In this document: positions 40,537 to 52,172 of the stretch, in pieces
Layout of the letters: each line of letters begins with the position of its first letter
Position numbering within the stretch: position 1 is the first letter of the stretch
DNA from: Octopus bimaculoides
Lineage: Eukaryota
Direction: 5' to 3'
Length of the DNA stretch: 52,172 nucleotides
Assembly: GCF_001194135.2 (NCBI RefSeq)
Contig: NC_068985.1
Span: 88,523,635 to 88,575,806, forward strand
The notes under the pieces: generated by a model
Database searches by the model: none
Told to the model about the DNA's origin: nothing
What the model saw: the letters and a program-made list of their open reading frames with translations, nothing else
Translations under genes and position numbers: made by a program

Positions 40537-40810
40537 GAGAATATACAAATAATAACAACAGACGAGGACAGGTGGTGTAAATAACAAAAGTATATATTAG
40601 TATGATATATATATATATATGTATATACACAAAATGCAACCATACTTTTTCCTCCGTCTTCCTTCTCTATTGGGCTTTTCTCCGTTTGTGAAGACGAGAT
40701 TTGATCGAAACGTAAAACTATCTTTCTTTCTCTTCCTCAGCGAATGCTAATATTTCACATGCAGCACGTTCTCGAGTTGTTGTTTTACATGTTTGTTCTT
40801 CGTTTATTGC
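40535..40810. mobile_element. Short Penelope-derived-like repeat between (TA)n and (TACA)n, with roughly inverted arms
   Basis: GTGAAGACGAGATTTGATCGAAACGTA hammerhead-like motif at ~40688-40714; arm 40535-40602 loosely complements 40745-40810. Confidence 0.5.
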
Positions 40811-40819
40811 CACTTACTA

Positions 40820-40928
40820 TATACATACATACATACATACATACATACATACATACATACATACATACATACACACACATACATGCATGCATACATATAT
40901 ACATACATACACACATACATATGCATAT
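40820..40928 (+). repeat. (TACA)n repeat
   Basis: Direct reading. Confidence 0.95.
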
Positions 40929-41698
40929 NNNNNNNNNNNNNNNNNNNNNNNNNNNNNNNNNNNNNNNNNNNNNNNNNNNNNNNNNNNNNNNNNNNNNNNN
41001 NNNNNNNNNNNNNNNNNNNNNNNNNNNNNNNNNNNNNNNNNNNNNNNNNNNNNNNNNNNNNNNNNNNNNNNNNNNNNNNNNNNNNNNNNNNNNNNNNNNN
41101 NNNNNNNNNNNNNNNNNNNNNNNNNNNNNNNNNNNNNNNNNNNNNNNNNNNNNNNNNNNNNNNNNNNNNNNNNNNNNNNNNNNNNNNNNNNNNNNNNNNN
41201 NNNNNNNNNNNNNNNNNNNNNNNNNNNNNNNNNNNNNNNNNNNNNNNNNNNNNNNNNNNNNNNNNNNNNNNNNNNNNNNNNNNNNNNNNNNNNNNNNNNN
41301 NNNNNNNNNNNNNNNNNNNNNNNNNNNNNNNNNNNNNNNNNNNNNNNNNNNNNNNNNNNNNNNNNNNNNNNNNNNNNNNNNNNNNNNNNNNNNNNNNNNN
41401 NNNNNNNNNNNNNNNNNNNNNNNNNNNNNNNNNNNNNNNNNNNNNNNNNNNNNNNNNNNNNNNNNNNNNNNNNNNNNNNNNNNNNNNNNNNNNNNNNNNN
41501 NNNNNNNNNNNNNNNNNNNNNNNNNNNNNNNNNNNNNNNNNNNNNNNNNNNNNNNNNNNNNNNNNNNNNNNNNNNNNNNNNNNNNNNNNNNNNNNNNNNN
41601 NNNNNNNNNNNNNNNNNNNNNNNNNNNNNNNNNNNNNNNNNNNNNNNNNNNNNNNNNNNNNNNNNNNNNNNNNNNNNNNNNNNNNNNNNNNNNNNNNN
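40929..41698. other. Assembly gap (N)
   Basis: Run of N. Confidence 1.
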
Positions 41699-41784
<86 letters not shown>

Positions 41785-42286
41785 ACATACATAAACACGA
41801 CAAACACTTTACATGTACGTATATGAAATTTGTCTACTCCTCAACCTGAAAGATGTATTTAAATTTAAAAGCAATCTATATAATAGAAGGGAGAATTTAA
41901 TTGGACGCAATATTTTACTACATTGTTGGACATATGCAAGACAACTCGTTTCTAATGGAGAAAGTATTGTGCATTCGAGCATGGAGAAATGCTGGTGCCA
42001 TAAATTCTCCAAAGTAATTTATCTCCTACAGCTTGTCAATTCAAAGTCGGTAGTTATTGATTTATGAGGGTAGTTCCGACCGTCTTCCATATGTGTATCG
42101 GTACCCACACGTCTGTGGATTTGTAGCGACCACTTCGATCTAAGAAATTGTATGCCTAAAACTATGTTTGTCTACAATATATTATAGAAACAGACAAGTA
42201 AATGTATATATGTATATATATATATACACACACACACAAACATGCACATCACATACACATATGTATTTGCGTGTATGTGAATGTAA

Positions 42287-42327
<41 letters not shown>

Positions 42328-43070
42328 AACAGATATGTATTTGTGTGTGTTTAAATGAACGTAAATATACACACACAAACACATTGATATATTTTGACTC
42401 ACAATTTCGTTCCGCAACAGTTGAATGTTTGAAAAAAGCTAGATAGTCTTCGATTACAGTTTGTTTTCCACCATTCCATATTCTCTTGTACTCAATGAGA
42501 AATCTTACTTTTGCTTGGTTTTATTCACTTGGTGATAAATTCTTACGATATTAGTATAATCTTCCTAGAGATTTTTAAAATCCCATCTTCAATAAACAGC
42601 TCCGAAAATCTATGAATTTACTATTTAGATTGAAATGCATATGAGTGCTAAATTAATTGTGCAACGTACGTTTATCAGCTTTCATTTATTATTTTTATAT
42701 TTTCACTAAATTCATAGTATGTTATTATTTCGTACTGATGTTCCATATTGACGTCTTGAAGTATTCTGAGAAATCAAACTTAGATGTGTCTGAATCTGAG
42801 AATTTTTGTTTTGTTTTTTTTAATATCTGTCTGTACGGCAAAGAATAATTTTACGCCATGTGAAAATGCAAATCTTGAGATTTCGCATAAATGATGTCAT
42901 CTGGTATCGATAATTAAAGGTACGCACATATCTCGCTATGCTCATCCAAAATTCAGGCTTAATAGCTCCAAAAATATCAACTAATCATTTCTTAATCAAT
43001 ATGGTATTTAAAAAAAAAAACGAACAAAACACAACGCGGCAGTACAGGAAACACAGTATACGCCGCCTAC

Positions 43071-43127
43071 ATCCACCAAGACATAATATTCAAATGCGAA
43101 TGTAGCAATTGAAAAAGTGTGTTTTAA
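43071..43127 (-). CDS. Candidate exon (LKHTFSIATFAFEYYVLVD), phase-compatible with 43274-43339
   Basis: Acceptor gttttgtgccacAG, donor GAT|GTAGGC, 57 nt, phase 0-0; implied intron 146 nt. Confidence 0.25.
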
Positions 43128-43273
43128 CTGTGGCACAAAACTGCCCGATCAGCGGTCATGTCTACTAATATAAATAAGCAATTGATATGTACCTGAGCTC
43201 GAGGCTACTGTAGATAATTAATCAAGACTGGCCATAGTTCTCATCAACCGAAGCACATACATTATTTACATAC

Positions 43274-43339
43274 CTGTTGGAGATCAGCAGCAGAAGAGAG
43301 ATCTTTCTTCATTTGTTTAAGCAATTTGCATAGCAATTT
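43274..43339 (-). CDS. Best candidate internal exon (KLLCKLLKQMKKDLSSAADLQQ)
   Basis: Acceptor catatttacgtatttcAG, consensus donor CAG|GTATGT, 66 nt, open in phase 0-0. Protein not recognised. Confidence 0.45.
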
Positions 43340-44737
43340 CTGAAATACGTAAATATGTAGACATAAATTGTGTAGAGATATACTCGTCCACGTATGCGAG
43401 ACATAGAGACCAAAAGAAAGATGTCACGGGCAAGTGTCAATCTACGTCTCTGAAAATAGGAAACCCTTAACCTTGAGGCCGTACTCAAACACGTTCTGTG
43501 AGACACATTTGTTATATATAAAAAAAAGTCTGATGCAGAAAAATGTAGAATGCCTTAAACTGATGAAATAAATATTTGTAAAACTACATCAATGCATTAA
43601 TGTATTCAATTAAATATAAACCTTAAAGAAAACAAGATGTCTGCACTATTAGAAATAAATCATGCGCTAAGAATATCCCATGAAACAGACGAGGAGAAAG
43701 CGAAATCAGGGCACGAGTAGATATGAAAGCTTGTGATTTCGGTACTCTTAATATATTCTACCGTATTTTGTTTTAGTCATATTTATCTCTTCATTAAGGA
43801 AACTATTATATCAATGTATTTGCACCCATACCGCATCCATGTAACCATTTTTCAAATACAGTTTTTCAATGCAATTCAACTGCTGTGTTTCCAATTAAAC
43901 TACAACTTGGACATTGCTTTAACATTTAAAATAACTTGCATTTTGTGTGTGTAGTCTAGTAAATTTCAAAGTTAGGATTATAATAACGTTATTGATTCCA
44001 CAACAACGTCACACTATAAACTTATTCTTCACTCAATTTTTGATAACACTCTCAGGTCTTTGTTACGTCCTCTAAACCTGTTTGATTTTCATAGTGCCTT
44101 TGCTGCATGTATCATAGTTTAAGTGCGTTGATGTTTCACGTTCATATATCGTCGTGTATAACATTTAATGACATAAAAAACATATTTGAAGAAATAGAAT
44201 CACCAATTCCATTTGAATAAATCCTAATACACTTCATATATTATTTCAAAATATCGTGACATTTATCAAGCAAAAAGTATATTGCCACTTATTTTCGTAC
44301 AATATTTATTCATATAAAAGCAATTATTAAAGAACAAAAAAAAAGATAGATATAAGGTATATATCTTAATCCTTCAATGTCACTACACAAGAGAATATAC
44401 GAATCAACTGAGTTCAATAAGTTCTTTAAACGAAAATATCCGTCTGAAATGACATTGGTGTGTGATGAAACAAACCTTGCAAAGAATGGTTCATTCTCTC
44501 TGCATCTCTTTCAAATATTCCTCTCATTCCTTTATCGCCCCCATCTTTCTCTCTCTCCCTCATTTTATCAGCTCCTCAGTCTCTGCCGCTCCCTCGCTTT
44601 CTCTCTCAATCACTGTGTCAATTTCTCATTGATTTTACTCTTCACCTCATTCTTAGTATTGATCTTTAATGCCACGCATATATATAGTTTAAATTTAATC
44701 CATACGCAGCCATACATATGTATGTATGTGTATATAT

Positions 44738-44986
44738 NNNNNNNNNNNNNNNNNNNNNNNNNNNNNNNNNNNNNNNNNNNNNNNNNNNNNNNNNNNNNNN
44801 NNNNNNNNNNNNNNNNNNNNNNNNNNNNNNNNNNNNNNNNNNNNNNNNNNNNNNNNNNNNNNNNNNNNNNNNNNNNNNNNNNNNNNNNNNNNNNNNNNNN
44901 NNNNNNNNNNNNNNNNNNNNNNNNNNNNNNNNNNNNNNNNNNNNNNNNNNNNNNNNNNNNNNNNNNNNNNNNNNNNNNNNNNNNNN
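44738..44986. other. Assembly gap (N)
   Basis: Run of N. Confidence 1.
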
Positions 44987-45234
44987 ATATATATATATAT
45001 ATATAAACATATATGATTAAATACATAGACAGCTAGATAGATACAAAGATATATGTTATCTCAAGTGAACCATTTACATGGGTATATTGATGTAATTGCT
45101 AAGGAAATCATTGAGGCATGAAGCAGAATATAATTTACAGTATTTCTTGTTTAATATTGTTCGTATAAAATGCCTTATTCAGGCGAAAATGCTATATACA
45201 TATACACACACACACACACACATTATATATATAA

Positions 45235-45280
<46 letters not shown>

Positions 45281-47139
45281 GTGTATTTATGAAATATGCA
45301 TGCATGTATAGGCATACATACGCATCCTTACGCACACAGACAATGACACACACACACACATCGAACACAGGCACACGTATACACGCATGTTATTGAGTGA
45401 GCCACTCATCTAAGTCTTTCACTATGTAATTTTGTAATGTTATATATAAAAACGAAACACACATATTATTCATGTTCATATATTTTTAATATTCAGTCTT
45501 AAACAATTATATCTATAAATTCTCTGCTGATTATTGTTATTGTTTTCTCGTAGGCTTTCTTGTAATTTGATTTACTATGACCTTTGTATGTCTATTCCGT
45601 AACAATGCCTTTCCCCATAAAGTTGTACACACATTATTTCATTAACCTTCTATAAACGTTATTCAATCTATCATTGCCTTAAATCACCATGGGGGAGTAG
45701 CTTTTTAAATAAGAAATGTCTGAATTTATTCGATTTCCTTCTTCGCTAGTGGAAGTTTTTTTTAAATCCCAGCTTGTAAAAATTTCGGAGTTAAGCACTA
45801 GCCTTAGGATTTCAGAAGTTATTTTAACATTAGATTGAAATTTTTTTTACAATTTCTGCATTTTAAATATATGTTGTTTTTAAAATCACTTAACTTACTT
45901 TTTTCCAATTAACTTCCTCTTTAATTAAACCATGATCAATGGCAAGTAAGGAAAAAAAAGACCCATAAAAACAAACAGAGAATTACTTGAAAAAAAATAT
46001 CAATCACAACATTGTGAAATAGTGAACTGCCTGAAGAATGGGAATTAAAGCTTCTCAGTCGTAGTATAAGAAGAGCATAACAGCAATGTGAAAGCTTTTA
46101 TTGAATGATGTGCTGACATGTACAATCTAACTATGACGAAATTAAATTAATTCCATGCCTTGAAGGACAATAACAGATCCATTTCGAGACTTGATAGCAT
46201 TAATAAAATTACAGTATTATTTTTTTGAGCTGATATTAATGGCTATCTAATGCAATGAGTCAATGGCATTAATGTTCTTTTGCTTGTGGCAGATTATGGA
46301 TTAATGCTCATTCTCCGTTTGCTTACAGTCCTCATATTATAATTATTCAACTAGAACAACACAATTCTAAAACAGAAGAATCTGCGATAATATATTATTA
46401 TTGACATAAAAATAAAACCTACACAAAGTCAAAGGAAAAGACAATATTCCATTGAAAGAAATTAACAGTATTCCACGTGATGTTGTTGTACAACAATACG
46501 CATTGGAATATAGATGATAGTTTATTGTGCAAGGTAAAACACTAAAAAAATGAGAAATTGTTATATAATAGCTAGTAGTTGGTTGAAAACAATGAAATTC
46601 CACAAATTTGCAGCAAATCTTAGATTAAGTGTGAGCAGGAAAAAGAATTGTAACATTTCCATTGCAATGACACTTCAGTTGGCAGACCGATTTCAGAATG
46701 GTACTTTTCTCAATTATTTCAACGTATTAAACTGCGTGAAATGGAACTAATCTCTAGATATTGCTAAACCTACAGATAATATTTAAACATTTCATCGAAG
46801 AAAGAAATTTAGTACAAATAACCACATGGCTGCAGTTTTGTATAACAATATAAATTATTAAACCTTTTATGGAGAAACATATTGAAAGGCTATGACAAAA
46901 CTTTAGATTTCGCCATGAAAATTGATGTATGAAGAAATACGAAATATGTACAAATTTGGATCCAAAGAGAAAAGTTATGAATAGACATCTCAGCAAAATG
47001 GACTTCTAATGAAATCAGTTATGCTCAATGATACTTTTATCGTCATGCTGGCCAACACTTCGGAAAGGAATGAGAGTGTCTCGCGCAATTCAGCGATGGA
47101 TATGCTGCCTTTTGTTATGTTATGCATTCATACATACAT

Positions 47140-47180
<41 letters not shown>

Positions 47181-47199
47181 NNNNNNNNNNNNNNNNNNN
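47181..47199. other. Assembly gap (N)
   Basis: Run of N. Confidence 1.
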
Positions 47200-47674
47200 A
47201 TATATAAGAGAGAGAGAGAGGTCTGGTAATATGTAAATTTTTCAATTTTGTGTAAGAACATTCTAATATCATTTAGAAGGCTTGCTTCTTCCTTTGTAAT
47301 ATTGTTCCTTTGCTATACTGAGCCAAATCGGTGCTAAAGAAAGATATATGGTTGTTTAACTCAGTTGAGAACTGAGCTTATTTCTTTGTTGCTTCTAATT
47401 AACATATGTTACATTTAAACAGCAAATAGACTATTATAATGAATACCGACAAACCACAACACTATGATTTCACTTGATGGATTGGCTCAGTAAATCAAAA
47501 CCCATATTTGTTTTGATCTTTAATTATTTGGCTAGTACGCAAGAAAATGAAAGTCACCTTCGTTAGGATTTATGATTAAAAGATTACAGGCCATCAAAAC
47601 CAGAAAGTTATAAAGTTTCCAAGCAACACGTGAGCAGTTAAAAAATGTGCCTGTATATATATATATATATATAT

Positions 47675-48606
47675 NNNNNNNNNNNNNNNNNNNNNNNNNN
47701 NNNNNNNNNNNNNNNNNNNNNNNNNNNNNNNNNNNNNNNNNNNNNNNNNNNNNNNNNNNNNNNNNNNNNNNNNNNNNNNNNNNNNNNNNNNNNNNNNNNN
47801 NNNNNNNNNNNNNNNNNNNNNNNNNNNNNNNNNNNNNNNNNNNNNNNNNNNNNNNNNNNNNNNNNNNNNNNNNNNNNNNNNNNNNNNNNNNNNNNNNNNN
47901 NNNNNNNNNNNNNNNNNNNNNNNNNNNNNNNNNNNNNNNNNNNNNNNNNNNNNNNNNNNNNNNNNNNNNNNNNNNNNNNNNNNNNNNNNNNNNNNNNNNN
48001 NNNNNNNNNNNNNNNNNNNNNNNNNNNNNNNNNNNNNNNNNNNNNNNNNNNNNNNNNNNNNNNNNNNNNNNNNNNNNNNNNNNNNNNNNNNNNNNNNNNN
48101 NNNNNNNNNNNNNNNNNNNNNNNNNNNNNNNNNNNNNNNNNNNNNNNNNNNNNNNNNNNNNNNNNNNNNNNNNNNNNNNNNNNNNNNNNNNNNNNNNNNN
48201 NNNNNNNNNNNNNNNNNNNNNNNNNNNNNNNNNNNNNNNNNNNNNNNNNNNNNNNNNNNNNNNNNNNNNNNNNNNNNNNNNNNNNNNNNNNNNNNNNNNN
48301 NNNNNNNNNNNNNNNNNNNNNNNNNNNNNNNNNNNNNNNNNNNNNNNNNNNNNNNNNNNNNNNNNNNNNNNNNNNNNNNNNNNNNNNNNNNNNNNNNNNN
48401 NNNNNNNNNNNNNNNNNNNNNNNNNNNNNNNNNNNNNNNNNNNNNNNNNNNNNNNNNNNNNNNNNNNNNNNNNNNNNNNNNNNNNNNNNNNNNNNNNNNN
48501 NNNNNNNNNNNNNNNNNNNNNNNNNNNNNNNNNNNNNNNNNNNNNNNNNNNNNNNNNNNNNNNNNNNNNNNNNNNNNNNNNNNNNNNNNNNNNNNNNNNN
48601 NNNNNN
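47675..48606. other. Assembly gap (N) flanked by (TA)n
   Basis: Run of N. Confidence 1.
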
Positions 48607-48691
48607 TATATATATATACACATATACATATATATACACATATATATATACATATGCATATATATATATACATATACATATATATATATAC

Positions 48692-48725
<34 letters not shown>

Positions 48726-49468
48726 GAGTGTGTGTGTTCGCGTGTGTGTGTCAGCGAAGAGTGTAATTGATATAATGCAAATTACGAAAGCAATTGCTCA
48801 TAACGAAAACAACAAATTAGGACAATAAGAACAGCAGCAACTGCTTCTAGTTTAGACGTAATGTCAGCAATCTGGAGGACTACGTTACGTTGTTCCCACA
48901 AATATATTGATAAAATTAATAAAGATGACATCAACGGGATGTGAACACAGAACGTAAAATGTTCTGCGAAAAGCGAACAGCCGTGTGAAGAACTCATGCA
49001 TGTTTTCCCAGAAGAGCAGTCAAAAAACTATAATAATCTGAAGTCAAATATTCTGAACTTATTTTTTCTCGCACGTGGAATTCCTATCTGGAATGTGTTT
49101 ATATTCTTCTGATATCCTTTGACAGCTCCGTCTTTCTGATATTTAAATATTGTAAATGTTCTAATTCACATTTATACAAACTCACTTTTGCTAAAGTATG
49201 TATGTATATGAGTATATAAATGTGTTTGAGTGTGTTTGCGTGTGTATCTGTTAAAAATTAATTTTATTGTTTGAACAACTAAAATATCTTTCCCTTTTGG
49301 CTGGTTATGTATTGTATGAAAGAGTATGTTATTCGCAATTCAAATATTATTTCCTATTCTCATTCGAATGGGATAATAATTAATGCATGAAATTAGATTT
49401 CAATCTCGCATTTTATAATGTCTTACATTCAAAAATATATTCTCCTCGAATTTTTCCCTATCAATTAT

Positions 49469-49655
49469 CCGCGAGCTGGGCAAAATGCTTAGCGGCATTT
49501 CGTTCTTTTTAAATACAAAAGTCAAATTCTGCGGGAAAAGTATTTTGTCTCGCATCTTTTCAAAGTCCATAAAAAATAACATTTTATCTCTGGAGACGAT
49601 GTAATCGACTAGCCACCATTCGCAAAATTTTAGGCCTTGAGCCTATAACAGGTAG
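49469..49655 (+). mobile_element. Diverged SINE (type A)
   Basis: GGGCAAAATGCTTAGCGGCATTTCGT head and GATGTAATCGACT..AATTTTAGGCCTTGAGCCTATA tail. Confidence 0.75.
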
Positions 49656-50147
49656 AACAAATGAACAAACTTTAAGATCCCATCTATAAACATTTAAATA
49701 TTACAACTCATCCTACTACTGATGCTGCCGAGGTCGATAATTCTGCTACTGCTACGGCTACAGCTATAATTGTGTCACGGTTTCTACTTCACTTATCAAT
49801 ATATAAATGCAATTCATATAAAAATATTATAAAAATTATTAACGATATTATTATATGAATAATAATGGTTCCAAGTTTTGGCAATCTTGGGGGAGTTCCA
49901 AGAAAATCTGTGATAAAGAGATAATATTATGGACAGCTAGGGTTCTTGACATCTAAGGTTACTTGCTGTAGCCCGATGTTAGGATTCATTCATTGCTAAC
50001 AGTCCAATCTGTCGAGTATAGGTGAAAATAATGATGATGATGATCAGAAGAAGAATAGAAAGAAAAAAAAGGGGAGGAGGAGAAGTAGAAGAACAAAGAA
50101 GACGAAGAAGAAAGAAAGAAAGAAAGAAAGTAAGAAAGAAAAATACA

Positions 50148-50317
50148 TTCTAGTGTAGGCTGAAAGTCTGAAATTTGGGTGAGGTTCATACTCGGATAGA
50201 CGAACGATAAAAGGCAAAGTCGACCTTAGCCGATTTTGGATTCAGATCGTAAAGACGGACGAAACGTAGTCAAATATTTTGCTTGGCGTGCTAATGAATC
50301 TGCCAGCTCACCACCTT
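50148..50317 (-). mobile_element. Internally deleted SINE (type A)
   Basis: Reverse complement AAGGTGGTGAGCTGGCAGATTCATTAGCACGCC..GGTCGACTTTGCCTTT; head abuts the (TAA)n array. Confidence 0.8.
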
Positions 50318-50320
50318 AGC

Positions 50321-50380
<60 letters not shown>
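50321..50380 (+). repeat. (TAA)n microsatellite
   Basis: Direct reading. Confidence 0.98.
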
Positions 50381-50653
50381 TGGTACTACTGCTACCTTTT
50401 TCATCGACCACAACTGCTTACGCAGTTGTACCAATAATTGACGGAGCACTGGGAACAGTGATCAAAAATCTTGGGAAGTACATGGAAGAAATAGGGCCTG
50501 CATTAAGGGTGGACCACTTGCAGAAAGCAGCACTGGTTGGAACAGCTCGATACTCCGGAAAGTGCTCGAAAAAGAAGAGGTGGTACCTTAGTCCACTGTT
50601 AGAGAACAGCAGACATTCTAATACATCTCCAGCGTTAGAAACTGTGCAAAGAC
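50378..50653 (+). mobile_element. R4/Dong-like 3' end (family A) with an inverted 5' segment
   Basis: 50422 onward: AVVPIIDGALGTVIKNLGKYMEEIG..DHLQKAALVGTAR, 1-nt frameshift, LRKVLEK, then 3' UTR. 50378-50419 read on minus gives KQLWSMKKVAVVPI, matching KQLSSMKKLVVVPV of the element at 297-1212. Confidence 0.88.
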
Positions 50654-50663
50654 AATAAAATAA

Positions 50664-50871
50664 TATTCAGACAAATACATAACAAAAACACCAGGACTTA
50701 CAAATATATATAACATACAGAAAATTGCACTACTGGGCACTGCACACCTCCTCCGCAAAACACTTTCAATACAGTAACCATAAGAGCACCACAGCAAACC
50801 ACAGCACATACCCAAGGCGCACAGAGCTGCGCTCGGTAGTGAAGTGAAAGCACGTTATAAAAATAAAACTA

Positions 50872-50874
<3 letters not shown>
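50664..50874 (+). mobile_element. R4/Dong-like 3' end (family B) with its own 3' UTR
   Basis: 50664-50777 translates YSDKYITKTPGLTNIYNIQKIALLGTAHLLRKTLSIQ*, homologous to family A QKAALVGTAR.LRKVL; ~97-bp UTR; (TAA)n follows. Confidence 0.85.
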
Positions 50875-50906
<32 letters not shown>

Positions 50907-50932
50907 TAATAATAATAATAATAGTAATAATA
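50875..50932 (+). repeat. (TAA)n tail or array
   Basis: Direct reading. Confidence 0.95.
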
Positions 50933-52172
50933 TTCCATGCTAACTTATCAATATGTGAATAAGTTCTGTATGAGAAAAACATATACGTACGGCAATATTT
51001 TAAAATCGTTTGTTCCATTTTTTCCTTTTTTCCCCTCTTTGTTTCATTTTATTTTCATAAATAGATGAACGCTGAAGGATATTTTGGTTGAAAACATTAA
51101 AGGAGGTAAAATATTTTCAGTCAGCTTCTCTTTTATATCGTTGTTAATTAATGCACGTCGACGTTATTCAAGTAATAATTGTTCTCTTTAAAATCTGAAT
51201 TATGTTTGGTCGGAGCAATCCTGAGCATGTCAAGAACAGAAATCTTTTGACAGAAAGCAATTTCATTTATCATTCATATAATGAGAATGAAAAATAGACA
51301 TTTTATATTTCTATAATTTAGAAATCCGTTCAAAGATTTCTAAGTCACTATAAATACCAGAAAAATACAGAAAGAAAAGCATAAACAATAACGATAAAAC
51401 AAAATCAATTCCTCGCTTGTCAAAACTGAAGTAAAAAATATATCTATTGACTACTTAAAAGAAAACAAAACTATATAACATTTGTATAAATAGAGAAAAC
51501 ATTTATTCGTCTAAAAAAAAAGCAGAAGTATTTAAATAGGCCTTAAGTGATCTATTTTGCAGATTAATGATCTTAGAATTTAAGTAAGAGTAATTTTTTG
51601 TCCTGCTCTTCTTAATGTAAATTAATTACAAATACGGAGAGAAAAAAATATTACGATTTTTGTTTATTTATGCCATAAGAAAGATGAAATTACTTAGAGA
51701 ATATTTTTGAAACTTCTAAGTTGAAATTCATATTCTCTTGAAAGAGAAATTGAGAATGTAATGGAAAATGATTAGGAATCAGTGTGTGCGCGCGTGTATA
51801 TGTGTGTGTGCATGTATATACATATATACATACATACGTGTGTATGTGTGCATGTATGTGCATATATATACAGGGGCGTCTAGTTGGAATGTATACACGG
51901 GAAAACGCATGTGTATATTGGTATCTGTACGAATAAATTTATCGGTATGCATAAGTATTTTTTGCTTACGTAGTTGAGGATTGCAAAATAATCTTTGTTA
52001 TGGAAATATAAAACTGCTCGAAATTCTGTAAAACTTCTTGCTCAATACCTCACTTTCAACCTAGGGTTATAAATATAGAACAAATTTATAATGGATTGTA
52101 TGTATTTGACATTCACTTCTGTGTATCGGCGCTGGTATTATAGCGCTCTGGATTATATATATATATATATAT

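Noticed and set aside
47030-47110. EF-hand-like GSISIAELRETL on minus
   Set aside because: No pyrimidine tract at the acceptor and no canonical DxDxxG loop upstream.

Overview
AT-rich eukaryotic genomic DNA with seven N-gaps and dense microsatellites. The SINE, LINE and microsatellite mix suggests a cephalopod (Octopus-like) draft assembly, which is inference. I see no intact long gene. Most ORFs in the supplied track are microsatellite or N-gap artefacts. The recognisable content is decayed mobile DNA: R4/Dong-like restriction-like-endonuclease (RLE) retrotransposon pieces set in (TAA)n arrays, a Penelope-like element (RT + GIY-YIG) with inverted terminal repeats carrying degenerate minimal hammerhead motifs, RTE, CR1 and L1/Tx1-like LINE fragments, Tc1/mariner remnants including one with two inward-facing 5' ends, and at least three tRNA-derived SINE types. 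A few short open segments with good splice signals may be exons of an unidentified host gene, mostly on the minus strand; these are low confidence. The most interesting structure is the (TAA)n-associated RLE system (nested families, fold-back ends) and the recurring hammerhead-like motifs, one in the tail of a tRNA-headed SINE. I cannot support a wholly new biological system from this window alone. All family assignments come from manual translation and motif recognition, not database searches.
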